From positions 1-56,579 of the forward strand of contig CAVEOB010000004.1 of NCBI GenBank assembly GCA_963617265.1: a DNA stretch of 56,579 nucleotides, given 5' to 3'. Origin of the DNA: Mediterraneibacter gnavus. Its GTDB lineage: Bacteria > Pseudomonadota > Alphaproteobacteria > RF32 > CAG-239. Below, one piece after another: positions 18,403-27,652 of this stretch. The translations under genes were made by a program, and so were the position numbers. Below the pieces are notes generated by a model. It was not told the origin of the DNA. It made no database searches and saw nothing but the letters and a program-made list of their open reading frames with translations. The number at the start of each line of letters is the position of its first letter. The stretch's first letter is position 1.

Positions 18403-18592
18403 TTCAACTTCCTTTCGTTTAGAATTACAACAAAAAAGCCGCTTGATGAGAGCGACCGGAAGTTGAGAACTATTGCTTATAAGTATAGTGTAGCATATTA
18501 GCGTATAGCCTATTTTGCTACCTTCCGATCAATAGACCAGAAGGTATTTAACGTCAAATGTTTGACGTATAAGCAAGAGGTTCTCACACCCC
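18403..18592 (-). promoter_or_regulatory. Structured 5' leader, copy A (paralogue of 50224-50440), with terminator
   Basis: Block-wise similarity to copy B, covarying helices, identical CUC/UA internal loop, identical CUCAUCA terminator loop and complementarity to the downstream SD. See findings. Confidence 0.6.
18432..18457 (-). terminator. Intrinsic terminator inside leader A
   Basis: Minus strand: GUCGCU-CUCAUCA-AGCGGC followed by U6, about 30 nt upstream of the ATG at 18402. Confidence 0.7.
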
Positions 18593-18649
18593 AGACAGAC
18601 TATCATCTATCCGTAGTAAGGTTACTAAAATATTCTGCAAAAGTAAAGT

Positions 18650-19147
18650 TTATTTTTGCCGGCACAGTGCTAAAATTTGCTGCAAAGCCTGCTCCGGATT
18701 TTCCAACGGAATTTTATGACCATTCAAAATACAGCTGTTGGATTGCTCGTCATAGTGGCAATACGGCGTGGCGAATTCTCTGCCGTAAATAGCGCTGTCA
18801 TCAATATGCACGCAAATATTCTGCTCTTTGCAATATTCAGCCTTGGCTTTGTTCCATAACTCATCGGCAACATGAAAAGATCCGTCGTCGTAAAATTCCA
18901 CCTGATGCCGCTGTTCGTAATAATCATAAATACACCAAAGTTTGGTATACGGAATTTGATATTGATTTAAATAGGCTAAAATCGTTTCACGCGGCCCGCC
19001 GCTGATAATATAAACTTCCAAGCCGATTTTTAAAGCTTCACGGCAAAATTCCCGAAAAAAATCCGGCCGGGTGTTTATCACCCCATGAAAATCCACGCCG
19101 ATTTTGGATTTAGTATCCGCTTGTGCCGTCGCCAAAGTTTTTTGCAT
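18650..19147 (-). CDS. HAD-superfamily hydrolase-like protein (NT5C-like)
   Basis: 165 aa. GVDFHGVI resembles HAD motif I (DxDGV with the second Asp replaced by His). Overlaps the preceding AsmA-like gene by 38 nt. Confidence 0.45.
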   Translation of the reverse strand: MQKTLATAQADTKSKIGVDFHGVINTRPDFFREFCREALKIGLEVYIISGGPRETILAYLNQYQIPYTKLWCIYDYYEQRHQVEFYDDGSFHVADELWNKAKAEYCKEQNICVHIDDSAIYGREFATPYCHYDEQSNSCILNGHKIPLENPEQALQQILALCRQK

Positions 19148-22100
19148 ACCATTCCTTTAATGAGTTAGGGCTGAGCATAGACAAAGAATTTATATCAACT
19201 TTTGCATCGTCGGCGTTACCGGTAATTTTGTAAGTAGCGGCAAAAATAGTGCCGTCTTTGCTGGCAAGCAGATTGCCGACAACCGGAATTTTGCCCAAAA
19301 AGCGGTTAATACTATACGCCGGAGCAATCACGCCGTTCATTTTAATATTATCAATAGCGCGGTTATAAGTGCCGTTAGTGGTGATACCGACCACATTGCC
19401 CTCTGCCTTAGCCTGTTTCAGGGTCAATATTTTATATTGATACTCAAACGGCGCGTTAAAGTGCGTAAAAGTCAATCCGTCACCTTTCAGCAAATCCAAC
19501 ATGCCGGTAAAGGACGCCACGCTCAAAAGTTTTGCCACCACTGGAGCATTTTGAATACTGAAATCACGCACCTGCATGTGTCCGATAAATTTTTTATCGG
19601 CTTGGCGGCGCGCTTCAATTTTCATAGTTCCGCCCACCATATTGTCATAGAGGCGCAAAACCTTAAATGTGCTGCCGGCGTTGTTACTGTCAATAGAAAG
19701 ATAATGCTCTTTGTTGCCTTTCGGAATATAGTCAAGCTTCAATTTAATAGACTTGTCAATTCCATAGTTGCCGACCATGTGCAGCTCTTCCATACCAATT
19801 CCTTTACGGATTTTAGCACTGCCCGCAAAGTTTTGAATCGGCGTGGTATTATTGGTCCACAAGCTGTTTACGGTCATAAATATATCGGTATTGTTAGCCT
19901 TTTCCAAGCCATCATCATCATTTTCCTGCACCGGCAGCTGTTTGCTGTTTTTCTGATGTTTGCTTTTAACCTGTTCAAAAAACGGTGATAAATCATAGCT
20001 TAGACCGGAAATTTCTACCTTCAGCCACGGATTTGCCGAATCACTCAGGCTGACTTTAGCACGCGCCGAGGTTTTCGGTCCTTTGATTTGGATGATGTCC
20101 ACCGACTTCACTCTGCCGTTTGCATACATAGTTAAATTGCCGGCAATATTAAAACCGGATTTTTGCAGTTTCAGATTTTTAACCGATTTCACTTTATCTT
20201 TCAGCAAAGTAACATCAGCGCTGGCGCTTGCCGTTTGATTCAGCGGCTTAACAAAGCCTAAATAAGCAAAGTCAATCGCCGTGTTTTTCAAATCTGCCTT
20301 GACCTTTACAGAGATTTCATCATTTTGCTGCACAGTTATATCCGCATCAACCAAAGCATAGCCGGAAATATTCGGCGCCTGCAACACCGCCCAATCCAAA
20401 CCCAAAGCTTTTTTAGCCGCGTCATCAAGCTTGAAAGAAATATTGCATTTGCTCTTATATTTTTTCTCGGCAAATTTTTCATTTATGGCAAGCTTTATCG
20501 GTAAAGCGTCATAGTCTGCCTCACCACTCAGGCTCCAGCCGGCAGAGTTAACCAACAGCTGCAAATTCTGTGCCGACAGAGTATGCCCAGGGACAAAGTC
20601 AGAATTAGAAACATCGTGCAAATCTGCCTTGACCTCAACCTTTATGTCATCGCTGTCTAAATCCTGTTTCAGCTCAAAGTCCAATTTCAGCTGCACATCA
20701 ACATTGCCGTGAATTGTTTTAGGGTCAACGCCCATTCCGGCGGCAATTTTCAAAGGCGGATTATTGATTAAATTCAGCGCGTCGGTAATGCTGGAGTTGC
20801 CGATAAGATTTATAGAAATAAAGTTGTCGTCTTTGTGCAAGTCATAAATGTTGACATTGCCGCCGGTTATGATAACGCTGTCGCTCACGCCTTTATCCAC
20901 ATCAATGGAAATATTCTGCATGCTGAATTTGGCGCGTCCGTAAACATTATGCACGTCAGGCATACCGTCCAAATAGTGCAAATCACCGTCTTCAAAATCG
21001 GCAACACCGTCTAAATTCAGCAAGCCGAAAGACTTTGCTTTATTATCATAGCCAAACTTAAACACAAACTTGCCGTTTTTAGCCTGTCCGCCGGTCAAGC
21101 CGTCCTTGCACCATTGCCAAGCCGGTTCGGCTAAATATCTAGGCCAAAAACGAGATAAATATTCTAAAGAAAATTCATCAATTTTTGCGGTAAATTCAGC
21201 GGTCACACCTTCTAGCGAATGTTCCAGATAATAGTTTTCCAAGCCCTTGGCGGCAAAGCTGATTTGCGCAGTCTGCCCGCCCATTTTGAAATCGGCGTTT
21301 TTAATATTCAGCTCGTCAAAACCGCCAGTAAGCTCTCCGGCTAGCACCATTTCATCTATTTCATAATTGTACTTTTCATCATTATCAAAAGCCACATAGC
21401 CGTGACCGCCGTCCAGCTCAAAATTGATTTTCTTTACAGCGTCGCTCAAATATGCAGCAGCATTTTCCGGATGCTGTAAAATATCCGAAACATCTATTTC
21501 CGTATCAATTTTGCCGTTAACCGGCACATTTATGCTAAACTGCAGCGGAGTTTCATTTTCTGCCGGCTGCGTATCCAAACTGCTCATAATATCCGATAAA
21601 ATCAAATCAGAAAAATAAACTTCCAAATCCAACTTATCGCTGGAAGCGTGATATTCGCTTTCAAAACCAACCGACGCAACTTTATCGTTTAAGTTAACCA
21701 AAGCATCGGCGTTAAGCTCCAAATTAACCAAATTGCGGCTGAACTCAAAGTTCAAATCCGAAAGCATCCATTTGCGCCCCAAGTCAACTTCATGAAATTC
21801 CACTTCGGCGCCTTTGATATTGATGTTATTGACATAGCTTTCCGGATAAATTTTTTCCGGTGAATTATAATTGTTCAGAAAATCCTTGAACTTATCGACA
21901 TAAAATGCCAATTTCTTTTTGTTTGCCTCGTCGATATGCTCTTTTTCCACCCCGTAATCGGCAAAAATATAGACTGTCGGATTATCCAAGCTGACATCGC
22001 TTGGGGCAATAATACCCTTCAGCAAAGCACGCAGACTGAATGATAAATAAAGCTTTGGCGCACTGATGGCAAAAGTTCCGTCTTTCTTTTTAAGGTTAAT

Positions 22101-22346
22101 ATCTTCAGCGGTAATGCGCAGCGGCTGCACCGAACGCACCAGCTCCAAATTAACTTTGCCCAAACCAACGCTGTAATCGCTTTCATCATAGTTCAAAGCC
22201 TGAATAATATACGGTTTTAAATATGGAACGGAAATCGGACCTTTATATAATGTCCAAAAAAATAAAAGCACGACCACTAACATTCCAACCATAAAAAAAT
22301 CTATGGCTTTGCGAAAAAAATATGATTGCGGCGACAGTTTTTTCAT
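19110..22346 (-). CDS. AsmA/YhdP-family (DUF3971-type) envelope protein
   Basis: 1078 aa with a single N-terminal TM helix and a long beta-rich body. C-terminal GTIFAATYKITGNADDAKVDINSLSMLSPNSLKEW resembles the AsmA-like C-terminal region of YhdP-type proteins. Confidence 0.7.
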   Translation of the reverse strand: MKKLSPQSYFFRKAIDFFMVGMLVVVLLFFWTLYKGPISVPYLKPYIIQALNYDESDYSVGLGKVNLELVRSVQPLRITAEDINLKKKDGTFAISAPKLYLSFSLRALLKGIIAPSDVSLDNPTVYIFADYGVEKEHIDEANKKKLAFYVDKFKDFLNNYNSPEKIYPESYVNNINIKGAEVEFHEVDLGRKWMLSDLNFEFSRNLVNLELNADALVNLNDKVASVGFESEYHASSDKLDLEVYFSDLILSDIMSSLDTQPAENETPLQFSINVPVNGKIDTEIDVSDILQHPENAAAYLSDAVKKINFELDGGHGYVAFDNDEKYNYEIDEMVLAGELTGGFDELNIKNADFKMGGQTAQISFAAKGLENYYLEHSLEGVTAEFTAKIDEFSLEYLSRFWPRYLAEPAWQWCKDGLTGGQAKNGKFVFKFGYDNKAKSFGLLNLDGVADFEDGDLHYLDGMPDVHNVYGRAKFSMQNISIDVDKGVSDSVIITGGNVNIYDLHKDDNFISINLIGNSSITDALNLINNPPLKIAAGMGVDPKTIHGNVDVQLKLDFELKQDLDSDDIKVEVKADLHDVSNSDFVPGHTLSAQNLQLLVNSAGWSLSGEADYDALPIKLAINEKFAEKKYKSKCNISFKLDDAAKKALGLDWAVLQAPNISGYALVDADITVQQNDEISVKVKADLKNTAIDFAYLGFVKPLNQTASASADVTLLKDKVKSVKNLKLQKSGFNIAGNLTMYANGRVKSVDIIQIKGPKTSARAKVSLSDSANPWLKVEISGLSYDLSPFFEQVKSKHQKNSKQLPVQENDDDGLEKANNTDIFMTVNSLWTNNTTPIQNFAGSAKIRKGIGMEELHMVGNYGIDKSIKLKLDYIPKGNKEHYLSIDSNNAGSTFKVLRLYDNMVGGTMKIEARRQADKKFIGHMQVRDFSIQNAPVVAKLLSVASFTGMLDLLKGDGLTFTHFNAPFEYQYKILTLKQAKAEGNVVGITTNGTYNRAIDNIKMNGVIAPAYSINRFLGKIPVVGNLLASKDGTIFAATYKITGNADDAKVDINSLSMLSPNSLKEWYAKNFGDGTSGY

Positions 22347-22358
22347 TATTTTTCCAAA

Positions 22359-23475
22359 CTAAGCAGCTGTAGTGTCATTTTGTATTTTTTGCGCCAGCGC
22401 TGCCGACAAGAACAAATCTATATCACCGTCCAGCACGCTTTTTACATCGGCGGTTTCGGCATCGGTACGCAAATCTTTTATCAAGCGGTACGGCTGCAAA
22501 ACATAAGAGCGAATTTGGAAACCCCAGCCATTATCGCCTTGATTGTCACGCACTTCCTGAGCTTTGTCGGCACGCTTCTGCATTTCTCTTTCATATAAGC
22601 GCGCCCGCAGCATTTTCCAACAGTTATCGCGGTTTTGAAATTGCGAACGCTGGGTTTGGCTGGAAACGACAATACCAGTCGGAATATGGGTAATACGCAC
22701 AGCCGAATCCGTTTTGTTAATGTGCTGACCGCCAGCGCCAGAAGCACGATAAGTATCAATACGGCAATCTGCTTCATTGATTTCTATTTGAATATTGTCA
22801 TCAACTACCGGATAGACGCCGATAGAGGCAAAGCTGGTATGGCGGCGGGCGGCGCTGTCAAACGGCGAAATACGCACCAAGCGATGCACTCCGCTTTCCG
22901 ACTTCAGCCAGCCGTAAGCGTTGTGCCCGCTGATTTTGATAGTTGCAGATTTCAATCCAGCGACTTCGCCTTCGGTTTCTTCTATATATTCAACCTTATA
23001 GTGATGAGTTTCAGCCCAACGCGTGTACATACGCAAAAGCATCTGCGCCCAATCCATAGCTTCGGTGCCGCCGCTGCCGGCATGAACTTCCAAATAGGTG
23101 TCATTAGCATCGGCTTCGCCGGAAAGCAAAGCTTCAAGCTCGGCGTGCTTAACCGTTGCCTGCAGTTCATCTAAATTATGCTGCAGCTCGCCAAGCATAG
23201 CTTCATCATTTTCGCTTTCGGCAAATTCAACCATTTCGGCATAGTCGTCCAATGATTTTACATAGCCGTCGTAAGCGTCTAATGAAGCTTCCAAAGTGTT
23301 TTTTTCACTCATCAGCTTTTGGGCTTTTTCCTGATTATCCCAAAGATTGGGGTCGGCGGACAAGGCTTCCAGCTCCTCGCGGCGCTGCACAGCATTGTCA
23401 TAGTCAAAGAGACCTCCTTAGCAATGCCAGCGATTGCTTGATTTCATTGATTAAATTATAAAATTCGGCTTTCAT
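22359..23475 (-). CDS. prfB: Peptide chain release factor 2 (programmed +1 frameshift)
   Basis: Frame 0 runs from ATG 23475 (MKAEFYNLINEIKQSLALLRRSL) to an in-frame TGA at 23406..23404. The +1 frame continues DYDNAVQRREE... and contains SPF (RISPFDS) and GGQ (SGAGGQHINKT). Confidence 0.93.
23404..23418 (-). promoter_or_regulatory. RF2 programmed +1 frameshift site
   Basis: Minus strand: AGGAGG-UCU-CUU-UGA-C, with the internal SD at 23418..23413, slippery CUU at 23409..23407 and UGA at 23406..23404. Confidence 0.9.
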
Positions 23476-23477
23476 TT

Positions 23478-25892
23478 TTAGTATTCGCCTCCCATTTGCA
23501 CAGCGCTGTCATCATCTTCCGGACCGGCAATATTGTCATCATCATCGCCGATAACGCGCTGCTTGTTATTAAATTCAAAATCAGGTTTCAAAGCCTCAAT
23601 AATCACAGTCGAATCGCTTGGCGACGACGGCTTGCCAGTTTGCGGATTTACACGCACCAGCTTAATTCCTTCCGGTATGCGAAAATTTGTATCCGGCATG
23701 TTTTTCAAAGCCTCTGCCATAAAGTCATAGAAAATAGGCAATGCGGCATGTGCGCCAGTTTCGGCGCGTCCCAAGCTAATTGGCTCATCATAGCCCACAT
23801 AAACACCAGCCACTAAATCTGGAGTAAAGCCCACAAACCATGCGTCTTTAGTTTCGTTGGTCGTACCGGTTTTGCCGGCAACGTGGCGGTGCAAGCCATT
23901 CAGTCTGGCGCCAGTGCCGCGGGTGGCAACGCCTTCAAGAATAGAGGTCATCTGATATGCAGACAATGGATCAACCACTTGTTCACGCACTACGTGAAAA
24001 TCCGGAACCGGCTGATTTTCCCATTTTGCGGCATTGCAATCCGGACAAGGAGTCTGTTCATGGCGGTAAATTGTGTGTCCCTTGCGATCTTGAATACGCT
24101 CAATCATATACGGTGGAACTTTTTTACCCCCATTGACAATCACCGAATAGGCAGCAACCATATTGATTACACGTGTATCAGCCGCGCCCAAAGATGACGA
24201 CAAATATGGCGCCAAATGATCGTTTACGCCGATGCGTTTCGACATATCAACGATTTTATCCATACCGATATCCTGCGCCAAACGCACGGTCATCAGGTTT
24301 TTAGAAAGCTCAACGCCGCGGCGCAGAGTCATCAGTCCGTAAAACTTTTTCGAGAAATTAACCGGTTTCCATTTCGGCATACCCTCGCCTTGGTCTAAAA
24401 CAAACGGAGCGTCCAAAATTAAATCTGTCGGAGAATAGCCGAGTTCCAGCGCTGTCAAATATACAAACGGCTTGAAAGTAGAACCAGTTTGACGATAAGC
24501 CTGAGTAGCGCGGTTAAACTGCGACTTGGCAAAAGAAAATCCGCCGACCAAAGCCAAAACCTTGCCGGTGTGAGGATCCATAACCGCCATACCGCCTTCA
24601 ACTTCCGGAATTTGCTGCAAGTTATAATTTTCCTTATCTTTTTCGGCAGTTTTTTCCACATAGACCACGTCGCCTTTGTGCAAAACCTGTTCAACTGAAG
24701 TCGGCACCGGTCCGATATTCTGTCCTTTTTCGGCATGCCGCGCCCAAGCCAGCAACGACAACGGAATTACACCGTTTGCGCCGTCAACAGTCTCGATTTC
24801 AGCTTTATCTTTAGTAACTTTCAGTACAACGGCTTTTTGCCATGTTTCTTCAGCACCGCCGGTAAGTTTGGTTTCAGCTAAGCTTTTTTTGTAATTTTCA
24901 TCTATTTTTATAGTGGCTGTGGCACCGCGCCAGCCGTGGCGGTGGTCATATTCCAGCAAGCCTTTGCGCAAGGCTTTAGTAGCGATTTCCTGCAAACGCG
25001 GGTCAATGGTGGTACGCACAATCAAACCACCTTGATACAGCGCCTCATCGCCAAAATTGCGGCTGATGGTGCGGCGCACCTCTTCGCTGTAATATTCGGT
25101 ATCTTTTAAGAATCCACTTTTATATTCCACTACTTGCAGCGGGCGTTTTTTTGCCTCTTCCGCCTCTTTTTCATCGGCATAACCATCTTCCACCATACGC
25201 GAAATCACCCAGTTGCGGCGGGCAACGGCGGCGTCATAGTGAGTTTTAGGATTATAGTTGTTCGGACCTTTCGGCAAAGCTGCCAAATAGGCAATTTCAT
25301 CTAAAGTCAAATCATCGAGCGACTTGCCAAAATAGTTCATAGCCGCCGCAGCAACACCGTAAGCACGGTTACCCAAATAAATTTCATTCAGGTACAGCTC
25401 TAAAATATGGTCTTTAGAAAAAGCCTTGTCTATACGCCGCGCCAAAATCGCTTCTTTAATTTTTCGGGTATACGAAAGCTCTGAACTCAGCAAAAAGTTT
25501 TTTGCCACCTGTTGAGTAATGGTGGAAGCACCTGCCGGACGGCGTCCGGTGCCGATTTTTTTCAGGTTGCCCAAAACCGCGCGGATAATTCCTAAATAAT
25601 CGATGCCGGAATGGGCGTAAAAATGCTTATCTTCCGCAGCAATAAACGCGTTTTTAACTTTATCCGGTATTTTTTCTATCGGTACAAACAAACGCTTTTC
25701 AGCAGCGTATTCCATCATTACCTGACCATCACCCGCAAACAAACGGGTTGTAACCGGCGGCTCATAGGTTTCAAGCTGACGGTAATCAGGAATCGTTATA
25801 TTGATTTTAGTAATGCCGTATGTAATGACAATAACCAAAACAATTAAAAAAAACAAAGCCATACTGGCTAAATATGATAAAATTCTCAGCAT
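23478..25892 (-). CDS. mrcA: Penicillin-binding protein 1A (bifunctional transglycosylase/transpeptidase)
   Basis: N-terminal TM helix, GT51 motifs (EDKHFYAHSGID, RKIKEA) and transpeptidase motifs STFKP and KTGTT. Confidence 0.92.
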   Translation of the reverse strand: MLRILSYLASMALFFLIVLVIVITYGITKINITIPDYRQLETYEPPVTTRLFAGDGQVMMEYAAEKRLFVPIEKIPDKVKNAFIAAEDKHFYAHSGIDYLGIIRAVLGNLKKIGTGRRPAGASTITQQVAKNFLLSSELSYTRKIKEAILARRIDKAFSKDHILELYLNEIYLGNRAYGVAAAAMNYFGKSLDDLTLDEIAYLAALPKGPNNYNPKTHYDAAVARRNWVISRMVEDGYADEKEAEEAKKRPLQVVEYKSGFLKDTEYYSEEVRRTISRNFGDEALYQGGLIVRTTIDPRLQEIATKALRKGLLEYDHRHGWRGATATIKIDENYKKSLAETKLTGGAEETWQKAVVLKVTKDKAEIETVDGANGVIPLSLLAWARHAEKGQNIGPVPTSVEQVLHKGDVVYVEKTAEKDKENYNLQQIPEVEGGMAVMDPHTGKVLALVGGFSFAKSQFNRATQAYRQTGSTFKPFVYLTALELGYSPTDLILDAPFVLDQGEGMPKWKPVNFSKKFYGLMTLRRGVELSKNLMTVRLAQDIGMDKIVDMSKRIGVNDHLAPYLSSSLGAADTRVINMVAAYSVIVNGGKKVPPYMIERIQDRKGHTIYRHEQTPCPDCNAAKWENQPVPDFHVVREQVVDPLSAYQMTSILEGVATRGTGARLNGLHRHVAGKTGTTNETKDAWFVGFTPDLVAGVYVGYDEPISLGRAETGAHAALPIFYDFMAEALKNMPDTNFRIPEGIKLVRVNPQTGKPSSPSDSTVIIEALKPDFEFNNKQRVIGDDDDNIAGPEDDDSAVQMGGEY

Positions 25893-25983
25893 TTATACTC
25901 ACTTAGCGAATTAAAATTTAGTGAAAATTTATTACAATCTTAAAAAAATGCAATAAAAATATCACAGTTTACAGCAGTTTATG

Positions 25984-27225
25984 TTAATTTGAGGCAATTT
26001 CAGGATCATTGAAATATTTATCAATTGCCGATGCTGCTGAATTTGCCAATTTTTTACGATAAGCAGGAGTTTTTAAATTAGCCTCTTCAGTTTTATTGGA
26101 TAAATATCCCATTTCCAGCAGAGCCGACGGCATATCAGGCGCTTTCAGCACGGCAAAACCCGCAAAACGATGGGTATTTTTCACCAATTTTACGCTTTTT
26201 GCCATTTCTTTCACTAGATATGTGGCATATTTTGAAGATTTATTGCGGCTGTCGGTCTGAGACAAAGAAATCAGGATATCATTAACTTCCTTAGTATTGC
26301 CGCCTAAATCAACACCGCCGATGATATCCGCCTTATTTTCACGCTCTGCCAAAGCAGCTGCCTCGGCGTCGGAAGCTTTATCCGAAAGGGTATAAACCGA
26401 CAAGCCAGTTGCCGAACGGTTTTGCGCACTATCGGCATGCAGCGACATAAACAAATCGGCTTTATATTTTTGCGCAATTTTAATACGCTGGCGCAGCGGA
26501 ATAAAAATATCGGTGCTACGGGTCAAATAAACCGTATAACCGCGGCGGCGCAGGATTTCCTGCAATTCTTTTCCCATTGCCAAAGTAATATTTTTTTCAA
26601 AAGTTTTGCCGTGCGCGCCTATTGCCCCTGGGTCTTTACCGCCGTGTCCAGGGTCTAAAACAATAATGCGCTTGCGTTTTGCGGCTTTGCCGGAGGTATT
26701 GTTATTTTGACTGCCGAAACCAAACCAGCTTTCTTCATTTTTATTTTCCTGCGGAACAAATTTGGTGTCGTTAGTGACAATATGCTTATTGCCGATATTA
26801 TTTTTAAATTCCTGCGCTGTGGCTAATTTTGCGTCAACCACAAACCGCCACGGCTTACTGCTTTGCGGCTGCAGCATAAAGGCTTTTTTGACCACAACTG
26901 GACGAGCCAATTCCAAAACCACGCGTTTATTGTTACCGTCAAGCTTGCCGACGCGGGTTTTAGAAATAATCTGATTTTTAGCGCCGGTAAAAACATTATT
27001 TATGGAAGTATTATCCAAATCAATCACCAAGCGCTGCGGAGAATCCAGCAAAAACACGCGGTAATTCACACTTTGACTCATATCAAAAACCACGCGCACG
27101 CCGTCCGACTGATTGCCGATACGAAAATCGCTAACCTGCACCGCAGCATTCGCCTTTGCAGTGCAAAACAGCGTCCAAACCAACATAAACAACGCGGCTG
27201 TGATTTTTTTTAGCAATTTACGCAT
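25984..27225 (-). CDS. amiC: N-acetylmuramoyl-L-alanine amidase with AMIN domain (AmiC-like)
   Basis: Signal peptide, AMIN-like N-domain (VRVVFDMSQ...LVIDLDNT) and Amidase_3 core (IVLDPGHGGKDPGA, SLHADS). Confidence 0.85.
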   Translation of the reverse strand: MRKLLKKITAALFMLVWTLFCTAKANAAVQVSDFRIGNQSDGVRVVFDMSQSVNYRVFLLDSPQRLVIDLDNTSINNVFTGAKNQIISKTRVGKLDGNNKRVVLELARPVVVKKAFMLQPQSSKPWRFVVDAKLATAQEFKNNIGNKHIVTNDTKFVPQENKNEESWFGFGSQNNNTSGKAAKRKRIIVLDPGHGGKDPGAIGAHGKTFEKNITLAMGKELQEILRRRGYTVYLTRSTDIFIPLRQRIKIAQKYKADLFMSLHADSAQNRSATGLSVYTLSDKASDAEAAALAERENKADIIGGVDLGGNTKEVNDILISLSQTDSRNKSSKYATYLVKEMAKSVKLVKNTHRFAGFAVLKAPDMPSALLEMGYLSNKTEEANLKTPAYRKKLANSAASAIDKYFNDPEIASN

Positions 27226-27652
27226 AGATATACCTCATTTTGCGAAAAATTATAGAATTTACTTATTACCAATATGTTAAAATTTATATTTTTATGGCAA
27301 AATTTTAAAAAATTTATTGTTTTTTTATTTTTCTTTATTATGCTAACGATGTTTTCCGGTTGGAAATGATTTTTAATTTGAGGGTTTTTATTAGACAGGA
27401 AAAAATCATTTTCAGCATTAACGGAAGCAAAAAGTTTGGGTTAGATAACAACCCTTTCGGCATTTTCTAATAAGCAAGAAGAATAAGGAAGAAATAACGG
27501 AAGGGCACAAAAAGCAAAACAACGCCGCCGCCTTTAAAAATATGAGCGGATTTGGTATTATTTTTTAGTTTACGCCGTTGGCGGATTTTGCAGACAATTA
27601 TCATGCCCGTGGGATTAACGGCTTATTTTAAGCCATGTTATGGGGTTATATA
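27226..27652 (+). promoter_or_regulatory. Long rne 5' untranslated leader
   Basis: About 430-bp non-coding gap ahead of rne, containing long-range complementary segments (GGAAATGATTTTT ... AAAAAATCATTTTC). Confidence 0.45.

Noticed and set aside
18441-18450. A CUUGAUGAG-like string on the + strand (also at 50269-50278) resembling the hammerhead ribozyme CUGAUGA core.
   Set aside because: The essential C of CUGA is a U, and there is no GAAA or cleavage-site context. On the transcribed (minus) strand the sequence is simply the CUCAUCA loop of an intrinsic terminator.
18095-18466. 123-aa + strand ORF (…STSPARGEVTGLHRFARTNEGEV…).
   Set aside because: It is antisense to the pilin-like locus and is the mirror translation of palindromic repeat modules. 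It has no SD and runs across the leader terminator.
18497-18620. Leader peptides in the two structured leaders (25-codon ORF MIVCLGCENLLLIRQTFDVKYLLVY in A; 24-codon MDSWFFQMRKTTLLRQSRKVVNKA in B) as a trp-like attenuation mechanism.
   Set aside because: The two ORFs start at non-equivalent positions of the aligned leaders, lack convincing SDs and share no regulatory-codon run. This is probably chance.
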